Assembly (NCBI GenBank): GCA_964035545.1
Contig: OZ037767.1
Location: 16,151,292 to 16,215,291 of the forward strand
DNA: 64,000 bases
Source of the DNA: Bugula neritina
Lineage: Eukaryota; Animalia; Bryozoa
Reading direction: 5' to 3'
Below the pieces are notes generated by a model. It saw nothing but the letters and a program-made list of their open reading frames with translations. It was not told where the DNA came from and made no database searches. The first letter of the stretch is position 1. The number at the start of each line of letters is the position of its first letter. The translations under genes and the position numbers were made by a program. Of the stretch, positions 39,701 to 53,559 are shown one piece after another.

Positions 39701-42650
39701 GTGTGTCAAGTGTAACAGGTGTCCAAAGTGTGACAGGTGTCCAAAGTGTGACAAGGGTGGCAGGTGTGTCAAGTGTGTCAATTAATACAAGAGTGTCAAT
39801 TGTGTTAAATGTGACAGGTGTCTACAGTATGGCAGGTGTGTCAAGTGTGGCAGGTGTGGGGCAAGTGTGATAAGTGTGTAAACCGTGACATGTGTGCCAC
39901 GTGAGGCAGGTGTGTCAGGGGTGGCAAGTGTATCAGGTGTGGAAAGTGTTTCAAGTGTGGCAGGGGGTGGCAGATGCGGCAGTGACACAACAGCCTGTAC
40001 CTTATCAGAGTAGACTGAGAAGGCTGAATGTCGTCCAATGCTGACTTTTGGTGAATGCTGCTCGACATCAAGTGACGTCTGCTGCCCGAAGGCTGCCTCT
40101 ACCTGTTTACATCCATGTGAGGGAGAAACAAATCTCTCGAGAGGCGCAATACCGGTATTCGGCTCATCAGTATAAATTTTAAAGTTAGAAGGTTTGAGGC
40201 TTGCGCTAACAGGTTCTTGGTCATCAACATAAACCTGGAAGTTTGATGGCTTTTGAATGGGAGCAGCAGGTTCTTGGAGTTCCTGGTCATCAACATAAAC
40301 CTGGAAGCTTGATGGCTTTTGAATGGCATCTGCAGGTTCTTGGAGTTCTTGGTCATCAACATAAACCTGGAAGTTTGATGACTTTGGAACGGCAGCAGCA
40401 GTTTGCTGCTCAACATCAGCCCTTGCCAAAGCAGATAACCTACAAAGAGTATAAAACAGCTGAGAGAAGGAGACGCAAAGCCTTCCGAGTTTAAACACAA
40501 AGTTCAGTCAATCAATTCCAGTATTTGAGGAGTAAGACAATGACACAGACCAGGTCTAATGGGTCACACATTGCTAATGTGTCACACACAGCCAAAGTGT
40601 CACACATTACTCAGGGGAGGGGGGCACATATTGCTAGTGTGCCACACACTACTAAGGTGTCACACATTACTAGAGTGTCACACATTGCAAGGGTCACACT
40701 TTGCTAAAGTGTCACACATTGCTAGGATGTCACACATTGCTAGGGTGTCACACATTGCTAGGATGTCACAATTTACTAAAGTGTCACACATTGCTAGGAT
40801 GTCATATATTGCTAGGGTGTTACATCCCGTTAGCCTGTGTCTAGTTCTCGGGAAGGACTCACCTAGTTGATGGTATTCTATCTATTTGAGAGTTCTGATT
40901 GGATGCACTGAATGTTTGGTTATACAAGTCGTTCATCAGCCTGTCACAGTCTTGAGTCATTCCAAAAGGTGACATCTACAGCACACAAAACACAAAAGTA
41001 AAATCTGCAGCAAACAAGGTGTCAGCATTGTCTCAGCTTTTTAGCGGCATCAACTAACTACAAGTCTTGTCTATCTTGAACATAGTGACAGCCAGGCTCT
41101 GCACCAATATGCGGGGGGGGGGGGCTGAGCAAGCTCACCTTGATGAAGGACTTCTTGGCACAAGATGTGTCTGGTGTGCGGTGTCTCTTTGAGCTCCTTA
41201 CAGACGACCCAGACTTGGGATCAGGAGTCCTGCAACAGAAAATATGTGTGAAACCAGACGTGAGAGCTAACTGTGAAGAGAGTAACTGAAGGTTGTTGAC
41301 TAAACTTCCACGTACTTGTCATCCATCTGCTGAGAATGTGCTTCCTTGTTAGAGCCAGAGCAAGAGAGCTTGGTGTCAGTGGTGGATCCAGAGAGCTCAG
41401 GGCCAGTGGTGGATCCAGAGAGCTCAGGACCAGTGGTGGATCCAGAGAACTTAGGACCAGTGGTGGATCCAGAGAGCTCAGGGCCAGTGGTGGATCCAGA
41501 GATCCTGTGGTCAGTGGTGGATCCAGAGATCCTGTGGTCAGTGATGGATCCAGAGATCCTGTGGTCAGTGGTGGATCCAGAGAGACTGTGGTCAGTGGTG
41601 GATCTAGATGGCTTATCACTATAGAGTGCTGCCTGAGCTTTGGTTTCTTCCATAATTTGTTTCACCGTTTCAGATCTCAGTTCTGCCAACTCATCCCTAA
41701 AAGACTTCATACTACAAATAAAACATGTGACACAATTGGTACTCACAAACGGATAATATAGTTACAGCAATTTATCACACTGGTTCCACTTCCCTGCAAT
41801 CATTAAATCAACCAGCACTTTGTAGAAGCCATGAGTAAACAACTGCTAACTCGGATACAAAAATAATAATCAAGCATCAAATAGTAATATGTCAGCTAGT
41901 AAATGTGTCAACTTGTAAACGTGTTAACTAGTATATGTGTCAGCTAGTATATGTGTCAGCTAGTAAATGTGTCAGCAAGTAAATGTGTCAACTAGTATAT
42001 GTGTCAGATAGTAAATGTGTCAACTAGTATATGTGTCAGCTAGTATATGTGTCAGCAAGTAAATGTGTCAACTAGTATATGTGTCAGATAGTATATTTGT
42101 AAGCTAGTAAATGTGTCAGCAAGTAAATATGTCAGCAAGTAAATGTGTCAGCTAGTAAATGTGTCAACTAGTAAATGAATCAGCTAGTATATGTGTAAGC
42201 TAGTAAATGTGTCAGCAAGTAAATATGTCAGCAAGTAAATGTGTCAGCTAGTAAATGCGTCAGCTAGTAAATGCGTCAGCTAGTAAATGCGTTAACTAAG
42301 TAACATCCCAATAACTTTGCTATATAAAAAGGTAAGCAACACATCACTTGGAATTATTGATGAGCAAAACAGTTGATAGAGTCAACAGCATAATAACAAT
42401 GAAATAGAGAATTCAGACCCAAGTGGTGATAGGAACGTGTGTTTTACAAGAAGCTTTACTGCAACTGATGTGCTCCTCTCAACTAATTCTATGATTGAAC
42501 AGCCCAGGTCATCTAGAGGTCAAAGAGTAGCCTCAACTCATAGTGTTCAGACTGTAAGCAGCACAACTCACTAAGTGTCCATCTCTGTGAGGAGCTGTGA
42601 GCTGAGTTTCTCCTGCACGGAGGCCAGGTGCTGGACAGCCTCAAGTGTTG
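30758..42650 (-). CDS. BUB1: Mitotic checkpoint Ser/Thr kinase BUB1 / MadBub (5' TPR exons not in the window)
   Basis: Exons 42650-42572, 41711-41316, 41229-41139, 40975-40863, 40439-40001, 39481-39432, 39008-38820, 38011-37755, 37638-37434, 34016-33902, 33649-33584, 33149-32863, 32744-32626, 32166-31995, 31236-31127, 30923-30758. ABBA motifs, KEN, ARLASTPF, LxxIxE, NPF, GVGGFA, KAQKPSCPWELYI, HGDIKPDN, LIDFGRGIDM, CIEM..RPWTYQTD. All junctions phase-consistent except 37755/37638. Confidence 0.92.
31265..31985. repeat. 22-bp intronic minisatellite, about 33 copies
   Basis: TAGCTGAGTAATACAGTAATAC tandem. Confidence 0.95.
32177..32612. repeat. 14-bp / 9-bp compound intronic minisatellite
   Basis: TAGAGTATACAGAG then AGTATACAG tandem units. 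Confidence 0.95.
33165..33580. repeat. 19-bp intronic minisatellite, about 22 copies
   Basis: TAGTAATATAAACATATAC tandem. Confidence 0.95.
33712..33890. repeat. Variable 16-22-bp intronic minisatellite
   Basis: AGAGAGCACCTGCAC(AC)n units. Confidence 0.9.
34033..37415. repeat. 23-bp intronic minisatellite, about 147 copies
   Basis: ATAGTATCATAGTATTAGA(A/G)TAT tandem filling a 3.4-kb intron. Confidence 0.97.
38035..38812. repeat. 21-bp intronic minisatellite, about 37 copies
   Basis: AGACTAAGAATAGCACA(C/T)AGT tandem. Confidence 0.96.
39665..39965. repeat. Degenerate 18-bp intronic minisatellite
   Basis: GTGTGGCAGGTGTGTCAA-type units. Confidence 0.85.
40560..40825. repeat. Degenerate 18-bp intronic minisatellite
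   Basis: GTGTCACACATTGCTAGG-type units. Confidence 0.85.
41370..41608 (-). repeat. Coding 27-bp tandem repeat in a BUB1 exon (9 x GSTTxxxxS)
   Basis: CAGTGGTGGATCCAGAGA... units in frame within exon 41711-41316. Confidence 0.9.
41885..42295. repeat. 16-bp intronic minisatellite
   Basis: CTAGTA(A/T)ATGTGTCAG tandem. Confidence 0.92.
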
Positions 42651-45600
42651 CTATTATGTTAACAAAATTTAATCCATTTTTCTGTATTTTTATGTGTGAA
42701 ATTATCATATGAATGTAAATGTGTGATAGTCGAATTATAATATACAGAAGTTCAAAGTGTGCATCTGTTCTAACCATCAAACTGCCAAGTTTTATATGCT
42801 TTCAAGTTGAAATGTTTAAGTTTGCAAGTTGTTTTTGGTACCTATTTTAATACCTGAGCTATTTTCTCTACGTTGAAATTTGAAATTCTAACACATGCCA
42901 ATATAAAAACAGCTCACAACATTTAGTACTGAGTGATTTCAATTACAAATTTTTAAAAGCTGTTTTATATTCTGTTACTTATATAGTTAGAATTCTCCTA
43001 CTCTATTAGCAGTTTAAATAGTTTAAACACTTTCTCACCTACTTTATTTCCCCGGCAAAATATTTCCATTATTTCAGTATCAGTTTTCAGTAATATATAA
43101 TTCGTGAAATTTTCAGCTAAACAAATTAGTCTAGTTAGTCTTGCAAGTCAAAAAAAAGAAGGTGTAGCAATAATTCCGTATCCTAATTATTATGTAATAA
43201 GGTCCACTTTCAAAAGACTCACGCCCTTGAAAAGGTGTATAATTACTGACCAATCAGAGAGGATTAAAATTTGAGAAACTCAGAAAGCTAAAAGTCAAAG
43301 GCTGTAATTAAAGACTTACATAATAGAGTAGCTGTCATCAGCTGGTAATTACAGTCAGTTGTGGGTAATTTTTGTACTTGCATGTGAGCTGTATATCCAA
43401 TGAAATGAGTTTAACTTATACTAAATTTGATCCAGTAAATTTGTTTTTAAAGTTTAGGTCGCTTTTACCATCAAAGAATAATGCACCAACTATTCTTAAT
43501 TATAGCAAATGAATTCCTGCAAAACTTTATTCTCCCAACCTTCATTTTTAGCTCTGATTTGTCAGGTTTAATTTTTAGCAATGTAATTGTACAAGTGTTA
43601 CACCTATTTTCAAACTTCCAAGTTTTATTTGAGAGAAAATATGGTTATAAAATACTAATAATAAAAATACGTTATACACACCATAAAACATACATTATAC
43701 ATAGTTGAACTGCTCAAAGCGTACCCTAATTCAAAAACAATTTGTTTTCTATAACAATATAACATATACTATATAGGGGTAAGGGGGGGGGCACAACGGG
43801 CCGAATTTTGCATTTGTTGCTCTCATTTGTCTGTTTTTCAAGTTACTAGTTCAATAATCTCTAGTCTTAATGCTGCATATGTTGTCTATTACAGGTATCA
43901 ATTTGTTGTTTCTATCTTTCTCACAACTTTCAGAATAATGAAATGTTAACGACAAAAAAATCGGCCCGTTGTGCCCCGGTACCGGGGTACAATGGGACAC
44001 AACAAATATATTGAAATTTTGCGTATATTTTGTTACATTTGATCTTTATTTATTTAATATTACAAATAAATAAAGATTCTCTTTCAGATCTGCAGCAAAA
44101 TTCATGTTTTAGCTGTACAGTTTGTGTTACTACGGTTAGCAGAGGAAGGCAAAATCAAACGCACGTCACTCGGTTCTGCAGTGCCATTATCATTACTGTT
44201 TAGAACTAAAAATGTTCTGCTATTTTCACTTCAGAGCAAAATTTATCAAAAAAAAACTTTAGTAACGTGTACTACAAAAACCCGAGTAGACTTTTTTCTA
44301 TGAACTGTAGCTAAGGTGCATGCATGACTGAGGTTTGTGACTGGAGTACGGAGGGGAGAGGGGAAGCAAATGAGCAAATCACAATTTATTTCAGTCAAAT
44401 ACATGTATATTCTCTCAATGGTGTAATATATAATGATTATCATGACTATCTACTAGTAGCAACAGCAGAGTGTTTTGTATTATGTATAAAATTGCAAAGC
44501 TTTAACCTCACCAGATGTATATATTAGGGGAGCTTCAACTTGTAGTTTTGTAGTCTTACCATGATGTCTTTGATATTTTACAAAAAGGTCAGAAATGGCT
44601 ATATCTATAGATTTTAGTAACAGTTCAACCAATTTTTTAGGCAAACAAACTAATAACAGTGATCAGGGTGCAATAATCAGGTGGCCCATTGTGCCCCGTG
44701 TGGCCAAATTGAGAATAAATGTGCCTCAAGGAAAATTTATTTCAGTGTTTGCTGTTATACTAGTTAAGCATTGTAGAGACAAGCAATGGCAACAATATTA
44801 GTAAAATCTAAGCTTCTTGCCTTTGAGTGTAAAAAGTTATGAGGCTTTAACGACGTCCTAAAAAATTTACAAAAAGTAAGTAAAAACAGTTTTTTACTCG
44901 TCTTTTCAACAAGTATGTTCCGCAAGTGTTGAAACTACAAAAGCTGAATAATTATGTCAATATCTTTTTAGGAAAAAAAACCCACAACTCTAAGTTAATA
45001 AGTTCTCTCACAATTTGGCCGGCTTTTTGTACCCCTATGACCGTTGTGCCCAGTGCATCAGTCGGTCTTTTCAGCTCATTTGGCTGAAGAATTTTTAGGA
45101 GATAGGACTCAAACAGACCACTGGACGTGCTAATCCACCCTGTCCTGATCAGGCCAAGCTGTCTTCAGCTGATTGGGCCCTGAGAGTTGAAGCAATAGGA
45201 CAAAAGCTGTCCAAGAGAATTTTTCATAAATGTTGACCCGCTCAAGTCACTGCATTCAACAAATCAAATTTCTCAAATTTAACGTGTGCAGTCTATGCAT
45301 GCATGTTGTTATGGCTACTGTAGTAAGCATGGAAACAGCATCTCTGAGAAGACAACTCCCATAGACACACCTTATTTATTAAATTGCTTGTCTAGCCCAT
45401 TGAACTATAAGGGTTATAGTTTCAGTTCAGTGGTCTAGCCTATATCTTGCCATTAATACTTTCCAAAACACAGAACACTGAGGATAATGCATTAACAGCT
45501 AATTGTCAATTTGTTTTACAATTAACTTTGCTCAGCAAGCCTTAATATATTAAATACCTCCGCAAAGCTACACAACATATTAAATATTAAATGCTGCTAT

Positions 45601-48600
45601 GTGTTTTACACCCTGCATTCAACTGGCTACTATTTTATATAGATTTAGAGCCAATATCTATCTAGGATTGCACTTTATTTCGTAAAAAGGCTACTGCAAT
45701 AGACACAATGACAATACATCACTGGTTTAAAAATATGACTCTATTCTACTAGACTGTCTAATGCATAAGATTTTGGAGTTGTCTCACTATAGTACAATGA
45801 TTATCTACAAGAGTGTATACAAACTATCACTGAAAACAAATCACAGCATAAGTTTATTGCTATTAAAAGGTCTTTTTCCACAGCATATAATATTCTTTCC
45901 ACATCAAACTTCTAGAATTTAACAGATGTTTTTTCTCTTGGTAGAAAACAGTTAACAGGTTGTTGTTCTCTCAAAGTCTACCTGAAAAGACAAATGCAAA
46001 TGCAAAACCTATCCTTTAAATAAAACCAGTATACAAAAGTGGTTGCCCAACCAGAAAAATTACTACTCTAATAAAACCTTTAGGGGAAGTTTTTAAATAC
46101 ATCTATCAGCATGATGAAGCAGCTGCAGCAACAATCATTCACCTTGAAATAGTTAATAGTACAACGAAAAGGGCATGTGATATTTATGCTTATTGAATAT
46201 TCAATTTGTAATTCATGACCCAAGCTTTCTACTTTCAGTGTATAATTACGACCACTAACACTTTTGTTGGCCAATTCTTAATTGAAACAGGAGGTTTTAA
46301 AATCAAGCATTCTTGCATGTCAAGTGGGAGTTGTCTGTCTTTTAAATAGTGCACACAAGTCAAACTATTTTAATTGGAATTTAATTAAAATCGTGATACC
46401 TTAAAACTATGTCTTTCAATTTTACTATAAACTAAATGAACTGTACATTGTAAAAGATCTCTTTATAATTGCCAATAATTTCAAGATAGCCAATTATTTT
46501 GGGTTGACACAACCGATATATACAAAATATGGCCCACAACAATAGCTTAGATAAAGCATCACAGCAATACGTTTTAATACTGTCATATTTTCCACAACTA
46601 TTTTAATATGAAAGTACCAAATAACAACAAAAATGCATGCTGATAAAAAGCGTTATTAAAAGCAATTTTTATGTAACTAATTTGAAGTTATCTAACCTTG
46701 CCCCACTAGATGACAAAATAATGACATGGATAATAGGCAGCACCAAATGATGAGAGATAAAATCATTACTTTAATAATTACTGCATATAATTTTGGAGAA
46801 ACTATAGGTAATTATTTAATAAACGCAACTGTACTGAAGTTGAAAATAGGCTTCCTACTATCTACTACTTCCTAACTGTATCATCATACAACTTGAGTCT
46901 CATTGACTATAGAACCATAATGGTGCTTCATTTACATAGTTATATGCATGCACATACACACACTTGCACTAGTAAACTACTGGTTTTCACATGAAATAAA
47001 AACCTAAGGCAGTAGGAGACTTTTAGGCAATGTTAGAATGGAGTTTCTCTCAACAATTCTAACTACAGCAACTAGAAAACCCACTATAACAGCCTGAATC
47101 AATTGTCAGTTCTGTATAATACCATTAAAAGAGATTCATAAAGCTGACAAATAAATATCGTGAGATACCTTGTAAATTACTCATTAAAATTAGATGTGGA
47201 TACTACACGTAATCAACATAATATGCTGCAGCAAGATGGTTCAAAAGCAGCACAACAGGTACAAATCAACAAAGGGGCGACACAATGTTAAGCAAACAAA
47301 ACTAAATCATTCGAATAGTAAATGCACAGCTAAATGAAATCACTAGTAGTTTATTTAATTTCACCCAACCAACCACTTTTCACAAATTAATATATGTAAC
47401 TATATGCATATTAGCAATGTAAATGTTATGAGCATCAATCCAATTAGGTGACTGAAATCAGACATAGTCCTACTTTCAAACATTGTCCAAGTCAAAAATT
47501 GATTAGGGAAAAATGAATAAGTATAAAAACTGCAATAAGTTACTTTACTATTAGGTAATATAAACTGAGCTAGAATATTTCTATGGCTGTTTATTAAATT
47601 GAGGCAAAATTATTTAAATTTAACTCCATATGTTATAACAATTAAAAATAGAATTAAAATAATGTGAGTACATCAAATTACAATCGGAATTGTTATTCAC
47701 CTGCAGTTACATTTTATTCACAATATTAAAACATGGTGGTTGTTGAGACCCTATGACGCCTACTTACTTTTTCAGTTAGTTTCTTTCTTTGACTTATTTC
47801 TAAAGTTATTAAACATAGTAAACGATATTATAGCACTAATAATAGTCTAAAAACAAAGTGCCTGCATGAGTTTTACACATGTTTATATTAGGTGACACAT
47901 AACTGTAAGTTATAACTGAGCATAGTAGGCAGCAGCAGTAATTGTAATTATTCACATTTATTTCAACGGTAATTATAATTGTAATTGACAAATTGTCTTG
48001 TAATTGTAATTAATTACATTCATATATAATTGACCCTAACCCTGCTATCAGTATGACTATGAGTATCAGATTCAGTATGAGTATCACTATCACTCTAACT
48101 ATAAGTCTATGAGTAGGCTATACTATAATTATAAGTATATGTATCACTGATGTCTGATACTATGAGTTAATGTATCAGTATGAGTATGACATTGACTATG
48201 ACTATGAGATTGAGTATCACTATCACAGTATGAGTATCAGTATGAGTATGACCATGACTATGAGTATCACCATCAGTATGAGTGCAAACTGTAAGTATAA
48301 ACTCATTATAATTATCATTATCCATACGATTATGAAGTTAAAAAAATAAATAATAATTATGATTATCATAATCATGAATCAATATGATTATCATTGTCAT
48401 AGTGATGCTGATGGTGATGAGTGATGTGATGAGATTGAGTGATACTGATAACGATAACGAATAATCATTAAAAATAAATGATTAATCTAAATCTTTCCAT
48501 ATTTGATAATTTAAATCATTACACTAGTACTACTACAGCACAAGATCTGGTAATTTCAAACCAGTTCCAATTTCAATTTAATTTCGTTTGACGATTTGCA

Positions 48601-50899
48601 GGGAATAAGCCTGGAGTTGATTAGAAATTTATATACAACTATTAAATTTGGTAGAGTTTGAGATTTCTTATTATCGGTTGTCGGTGAGTACGATTTACTA
48701 CGATATACTTTGCGACCCTATGATGACCCTTGACTTTACACTGAAGAGCTTTATTGGTCAAAATATGGGACAGCGAAGCAAGTCACTTTTATTATTTGAA
48801 CAACGCTTGACGCAGCACAAAATACATAATCACTGAGTGCAGTAGTCGAAAGTTCGTTAGTTGGCGTCTGGAATTTGCACAACTCAGCATTTAACGACAC
48901 CTATTTCGTGCTGCTTATAGCAATTCCCTAGTGCTTAAAATCTGGACGCTCACTCTATCACTCCAACTAATTTGATTTAGTTTAGTTTGATTTAAGTTTT
49001 TTACTTGAAATTTTAATGAAATTCTTATTTAATTTAATCTTCATCATTATTAGTTTAAAAGCAACGTATTGATGGCTGAAAGTCATGACAATTGTTTTTG
49101 CAATACATCAAATCCAATATGAATATGCATATCAAATTCAATATCAATAGAATATCAATATGCATTAGGCTTAGCATATGCCATATCATTATCTGTATTA
49201 AATAAAATATAAATATCAAATTCAATATGAGTATAAATAACTCAATATGAATATCACAATATGAATATCGCTTAAACCTAAAGTTAAACTATGTCAATTT
49301 GAATATTAACTGACTTCGAGTATCAGTATGAAAGATTACCTACCAAAAGTGAAACGTAAACAGTTGTATGCTTGTCACAGTCAGTGTCACTATGACTATC
49401 ACAATCTGAATCGTACTGATACTCACAGTCACACTCACAGTGATACTGATAGTGATATTTATATTAATCGACTAATTAACAAATAACTAATTACTCAATT
49501 AGTTTTGTATTCATACTGATAGTGATACTCATAGTCATGGTGATAGTGATAAAGAAGTTCACGGTGATGGTGATATTCAAATTCACAGAAATTGATAATG
49601 ATATTGTATTTTTTATTTTAATTCATCATCATAAATTCATTATGATTTAGATTATCACTGTAACTGGTTGTGTGTTGCCCACTATAAATAACTATTGACC
49701 TCATCAACTTCCTATTTATGTTTGGGTGACATACATCAGTAGGCATTACTTATCTGCCTTGTGCTAACTAATAGATTTGTGGTCAGGTCGTTGTGGTTAA
49801 GGTGGCTGTCATTCTTGCCCTATTATTATAACTATAACTTATATTGATAATCATAATGATGCTGATGCCTGATAGTACTACTTAAATATAATAATATAAT
49901 CAATATAATAATATTATTATATTTCCAAATGTCAATTTATCAATATAATTATAACGCGCGTGGTTACCAATCATTATTACCATCATCAATATATGCTGCT
50001 TTTTACACAAACTGCCATCTATTTCGTACACAATTTATAGAAAATGGATTAATTCGTTGGATAACCAATTGAATGATACTAATTTCCTTATCTATTGCAT
50101 CTAAGCATGTATCTATAACACTTCCCATGTTACTTATTGATCAATATTTTACATTAATTTATCTATAACGATTATGATAAATAAGGTAATCTTTGTTTTA
50201 ATTGAACACACTACTAGTACTATTTTTTGGTTTAATTTTGATCAGTGGTGTATATTAATCTATCATCTATTATGAAATGTTCAAGTTACTTGTGACAAGT
50301 ACTGTATGGCTCGTAGTCTCCTACATCAATTAATAATAAAAAAATTTAAAAATATGTATTTTGGTTCATTTATATTGATGTGTGCAAAACGACCTATCGG
50401 TTGCATCGCAGTTAGATGATAGGCTAAATTTCCCACTTGAATGATTCCCAGTTAGAAGCTATTTTTTATTTTAGTGCTATATAATTATATAGTAATATAC
50501 TTATATATATAAATATATGTATACCTATATAACTGTTGTATTGATTGCTAAATAGCTAAAATGCTAATAGCTATAATAGTGAACATGAATTATCTGTTAT
50601 AATACTCAAGACCAGCTGCTGCTTCCTAAGCAGAGTTTTTGCTCATTTACCCTATAACACTAAGGGTTGATTTTTATCTTTATTGTAATACTCAAAAACC
50701 TTTACAACCTTGTTCTTACAATCAACTATGAAACCTTGGAAGTCTATGCTTAGTAGATGTCTTACTGATTAATAATTAATGATATCTGCTTGTTGTATGG
50801 GGAAGAATTTTTTGCATTTGTTAAATTGCAAGAGGCCGCAGTGGGACTTTTAGTATTACGTTATTTCTACCCGTTTTCAACTTTTTCTGAGTCTAACTG

Positions 50900-51560
50900 A
50901 GTTGGTTCATCATATGTCATCCACTAGTCGCAGATTGACTGTCATGAATCTCTATTTGGATATTTCTCATGCCATTCGTAAACAGTATCTGTTGCTAATC
51001 TTAGTCCAGTCTTTGAAATTGTCTATCCATATAACTTTAGGCTGGCCTCTTCGTCTCTTTCATTCAATCTCTGCTTCTAGTGTAGTTCTTTGAATATATT
51101 GAAAATATCGGCAGTTTTGTTTTAAAATATATTTCATTAATAATCTTTTTGTAAATTTGCCATGTTTAATATCCCTTCATCAGTTTTATATTCTGTCCAA
51201 GATGCTCTCACCATTCTTTTATATGGCCACATTCCAAAAACTTCTAATCTTTTAATTGTTGATTTAAGTGGTGACTATCTTTTACATTTATATAGTAGTG
51301 TTGACTGCACACAAAGCATGGAAGTAATATTATCTTTTGTGTTTGTATTTTTGTTTTCTTAATGTCAATATACTTGAGAAATATTCTGGAAAACATTTTT
51401 CGGAATTTCAATTCTTCTCTTGATTTTTCGTTCACATTTACCATCCAATATCAGTTTTTAACGCTCCCAAGATTTACCATTTTTATTGTTTGTTGTACTG
51501 ATGTAGCATCTAGGGTCGTGTTGATTTTAAATGTGGTGCCGATTTATTGAAAATCATGGC
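50900..51560 (-). mobile_element. RTE-clade LINE 3' fragment (RT C-terminal region), degenerate
   Basis: Reads across frameshifts as STLLY..KRLEVFGMWPYKRMVRASWT...KRRRGQPKVIWIDNFKDWT. Confidence 0.75.
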
Positions 51561-53559
51561 TTTTGTTTAACAGCATTTATATCCATACCACAAAGTTTTC
51601 TTGCTTCGTTTGCTGCAATAAGTTCCACTCGAAATAGAAAAGCAATATTAGATTAATTAAATTTCTTATCTGAAGTAGTTTTTAAACTGCTTTTGCCATT
51701 TTACATTATTTTGTTAATGCTATATTAAAGTTATTTTAAAAGAGAGTTTTGCAGTGATACTAGATGTACTTATGGGGATAGTTAAGCTCAATAAGAATAT
51801 AAATAACATAATCATTATTAAAATGTTCACAATGACAACTCTGTTCATATGAGCTGCTGGCTATAACTTAAAATTTATCTGTTTGGAATGATTTCTTATA
51901 GACTCTGAATAATGAGAAATAGGCTATAGCTATTCCCTGTGCTTGTCACAACTTGAGACATTGACTGAAAAGAGTATGGCAGAAAATAACATCAGAAATG
52001 TTGCTGCAGTTGAAACTTGAAACATAAAGATTGAAACTGCGTGAAAGAAGTAAGTGCATCATACATATTTATTAAAATACTACGTTTAGTTTGCTTGCTT
52101 GATTTTACATCAATTTGTGTCTATTCCTAATATTTAAAAATTCTCTGACACAATGTATACACTAATGCAATAATTATTTATAATATCTTAGCTCTCATCT
52201 GTTTGTGAGTTGGATGTTCAAACAGTTCGATGCGTGAGTGTGTAGCTTGTTCTGCTGTTAAATGCTCAGTCTAGCTAGACTATTTATTTGTTAAACTCGT
52301 GACCGTTGAAAGCACAGTGTTTCATTTTTGCTTTTTTGAATGTAAGGGAACAGATAAGAATTGTAAGTATGATATTATTTAATTTTTCAGAAGATTTTAT
52401 TTGGTGGCCACTATGGAGGAATTGAATGGAAAGCTGCAAAGACAACTTCAGGCATTTATATGTAAGGCATTGGGTATGGAGAGGGGGAGATATGTGCTTA
52501 TCCCTATATAATGCAAGTGAGTAAATTAAGGCATTGCTGACTTTTATTCATAGAGTGCATTTAAAGTTTGTTTAGCGACTATTTTTGCTTGAAATTAGTT
52601 GCAAATGTAATTTGTCCTCTGCTTCTAAAAACATATTCGGTATTCGAAATTTTTTGCCTGCAGAATCTTCAACGTTTAATTATATTTCTGAGAAGTTTTA
52701 AAAAATAATTTCTTGGTGCATAATCTATTGCCACCAACATAGTGTGACAGTACTTCCCCTGACGTCTAAAATGGAAGCAAAGCTTGTTTCCTCTCACGAT
52801 TATTTTTTGAGTGTGATGTTCGCTAAGGCACACATTTTGACATGTCAGTTACTACGCTTTAATAGATGTTTTAGTATTGAATATATTTTAGTTTTAGGTA
52901 ACGTATAACGTTGAAAATAATGTATGTTTCCAATTTTTTACTATGTTAATCTAGTGAATGTTTAGACTTCAACTACCCCTATGGAAATGTTGATTTAAAC
53001 TATAAAATCAAACTTCTAAAATTAACTATTTTTGACTTCGAGCTTTTTAGGTTCGAAATTGTTTTTTTTTTATATAGAAAAAAGGGCTACAGTTGGAAAA
53101 TATCCGTATTCACCAGGCCACAGCTGCAACATTTACACTGCATGTCATTGTGGTTTATGATTAAAGGCTTTAAAATGCACTAAATGCGGGACAATTTGTT
53201 ATGTTAATTTTTGTAACCATAATTTATTTCAAACTCTTACATGTGATTAACAAAATTCTTCATTTTGTTTTGCAGTATAATCAGATGAAATTATGGATGA
53301 TGACTACTTACAGCCAATCTATTTTGACTCATCTGATGAGGACTAGAGTTTATTTTGAGGTAGTTTCAATTTTGAATGTATTCTGCTATAAATCAAATGT
53401 TTACCTCACTGTCTGCTTTGATTTTCAGTCAGATTTTACTCGTTGCTGCTAAGTACATATCATCTCATCTCACTGACAGCCTATGAGACTGTCATTAAAG
53501 TTTGTATTGATATATTTTACAAATTAATTAAATTAAATATAACTTTAGCTTCACAAGTG

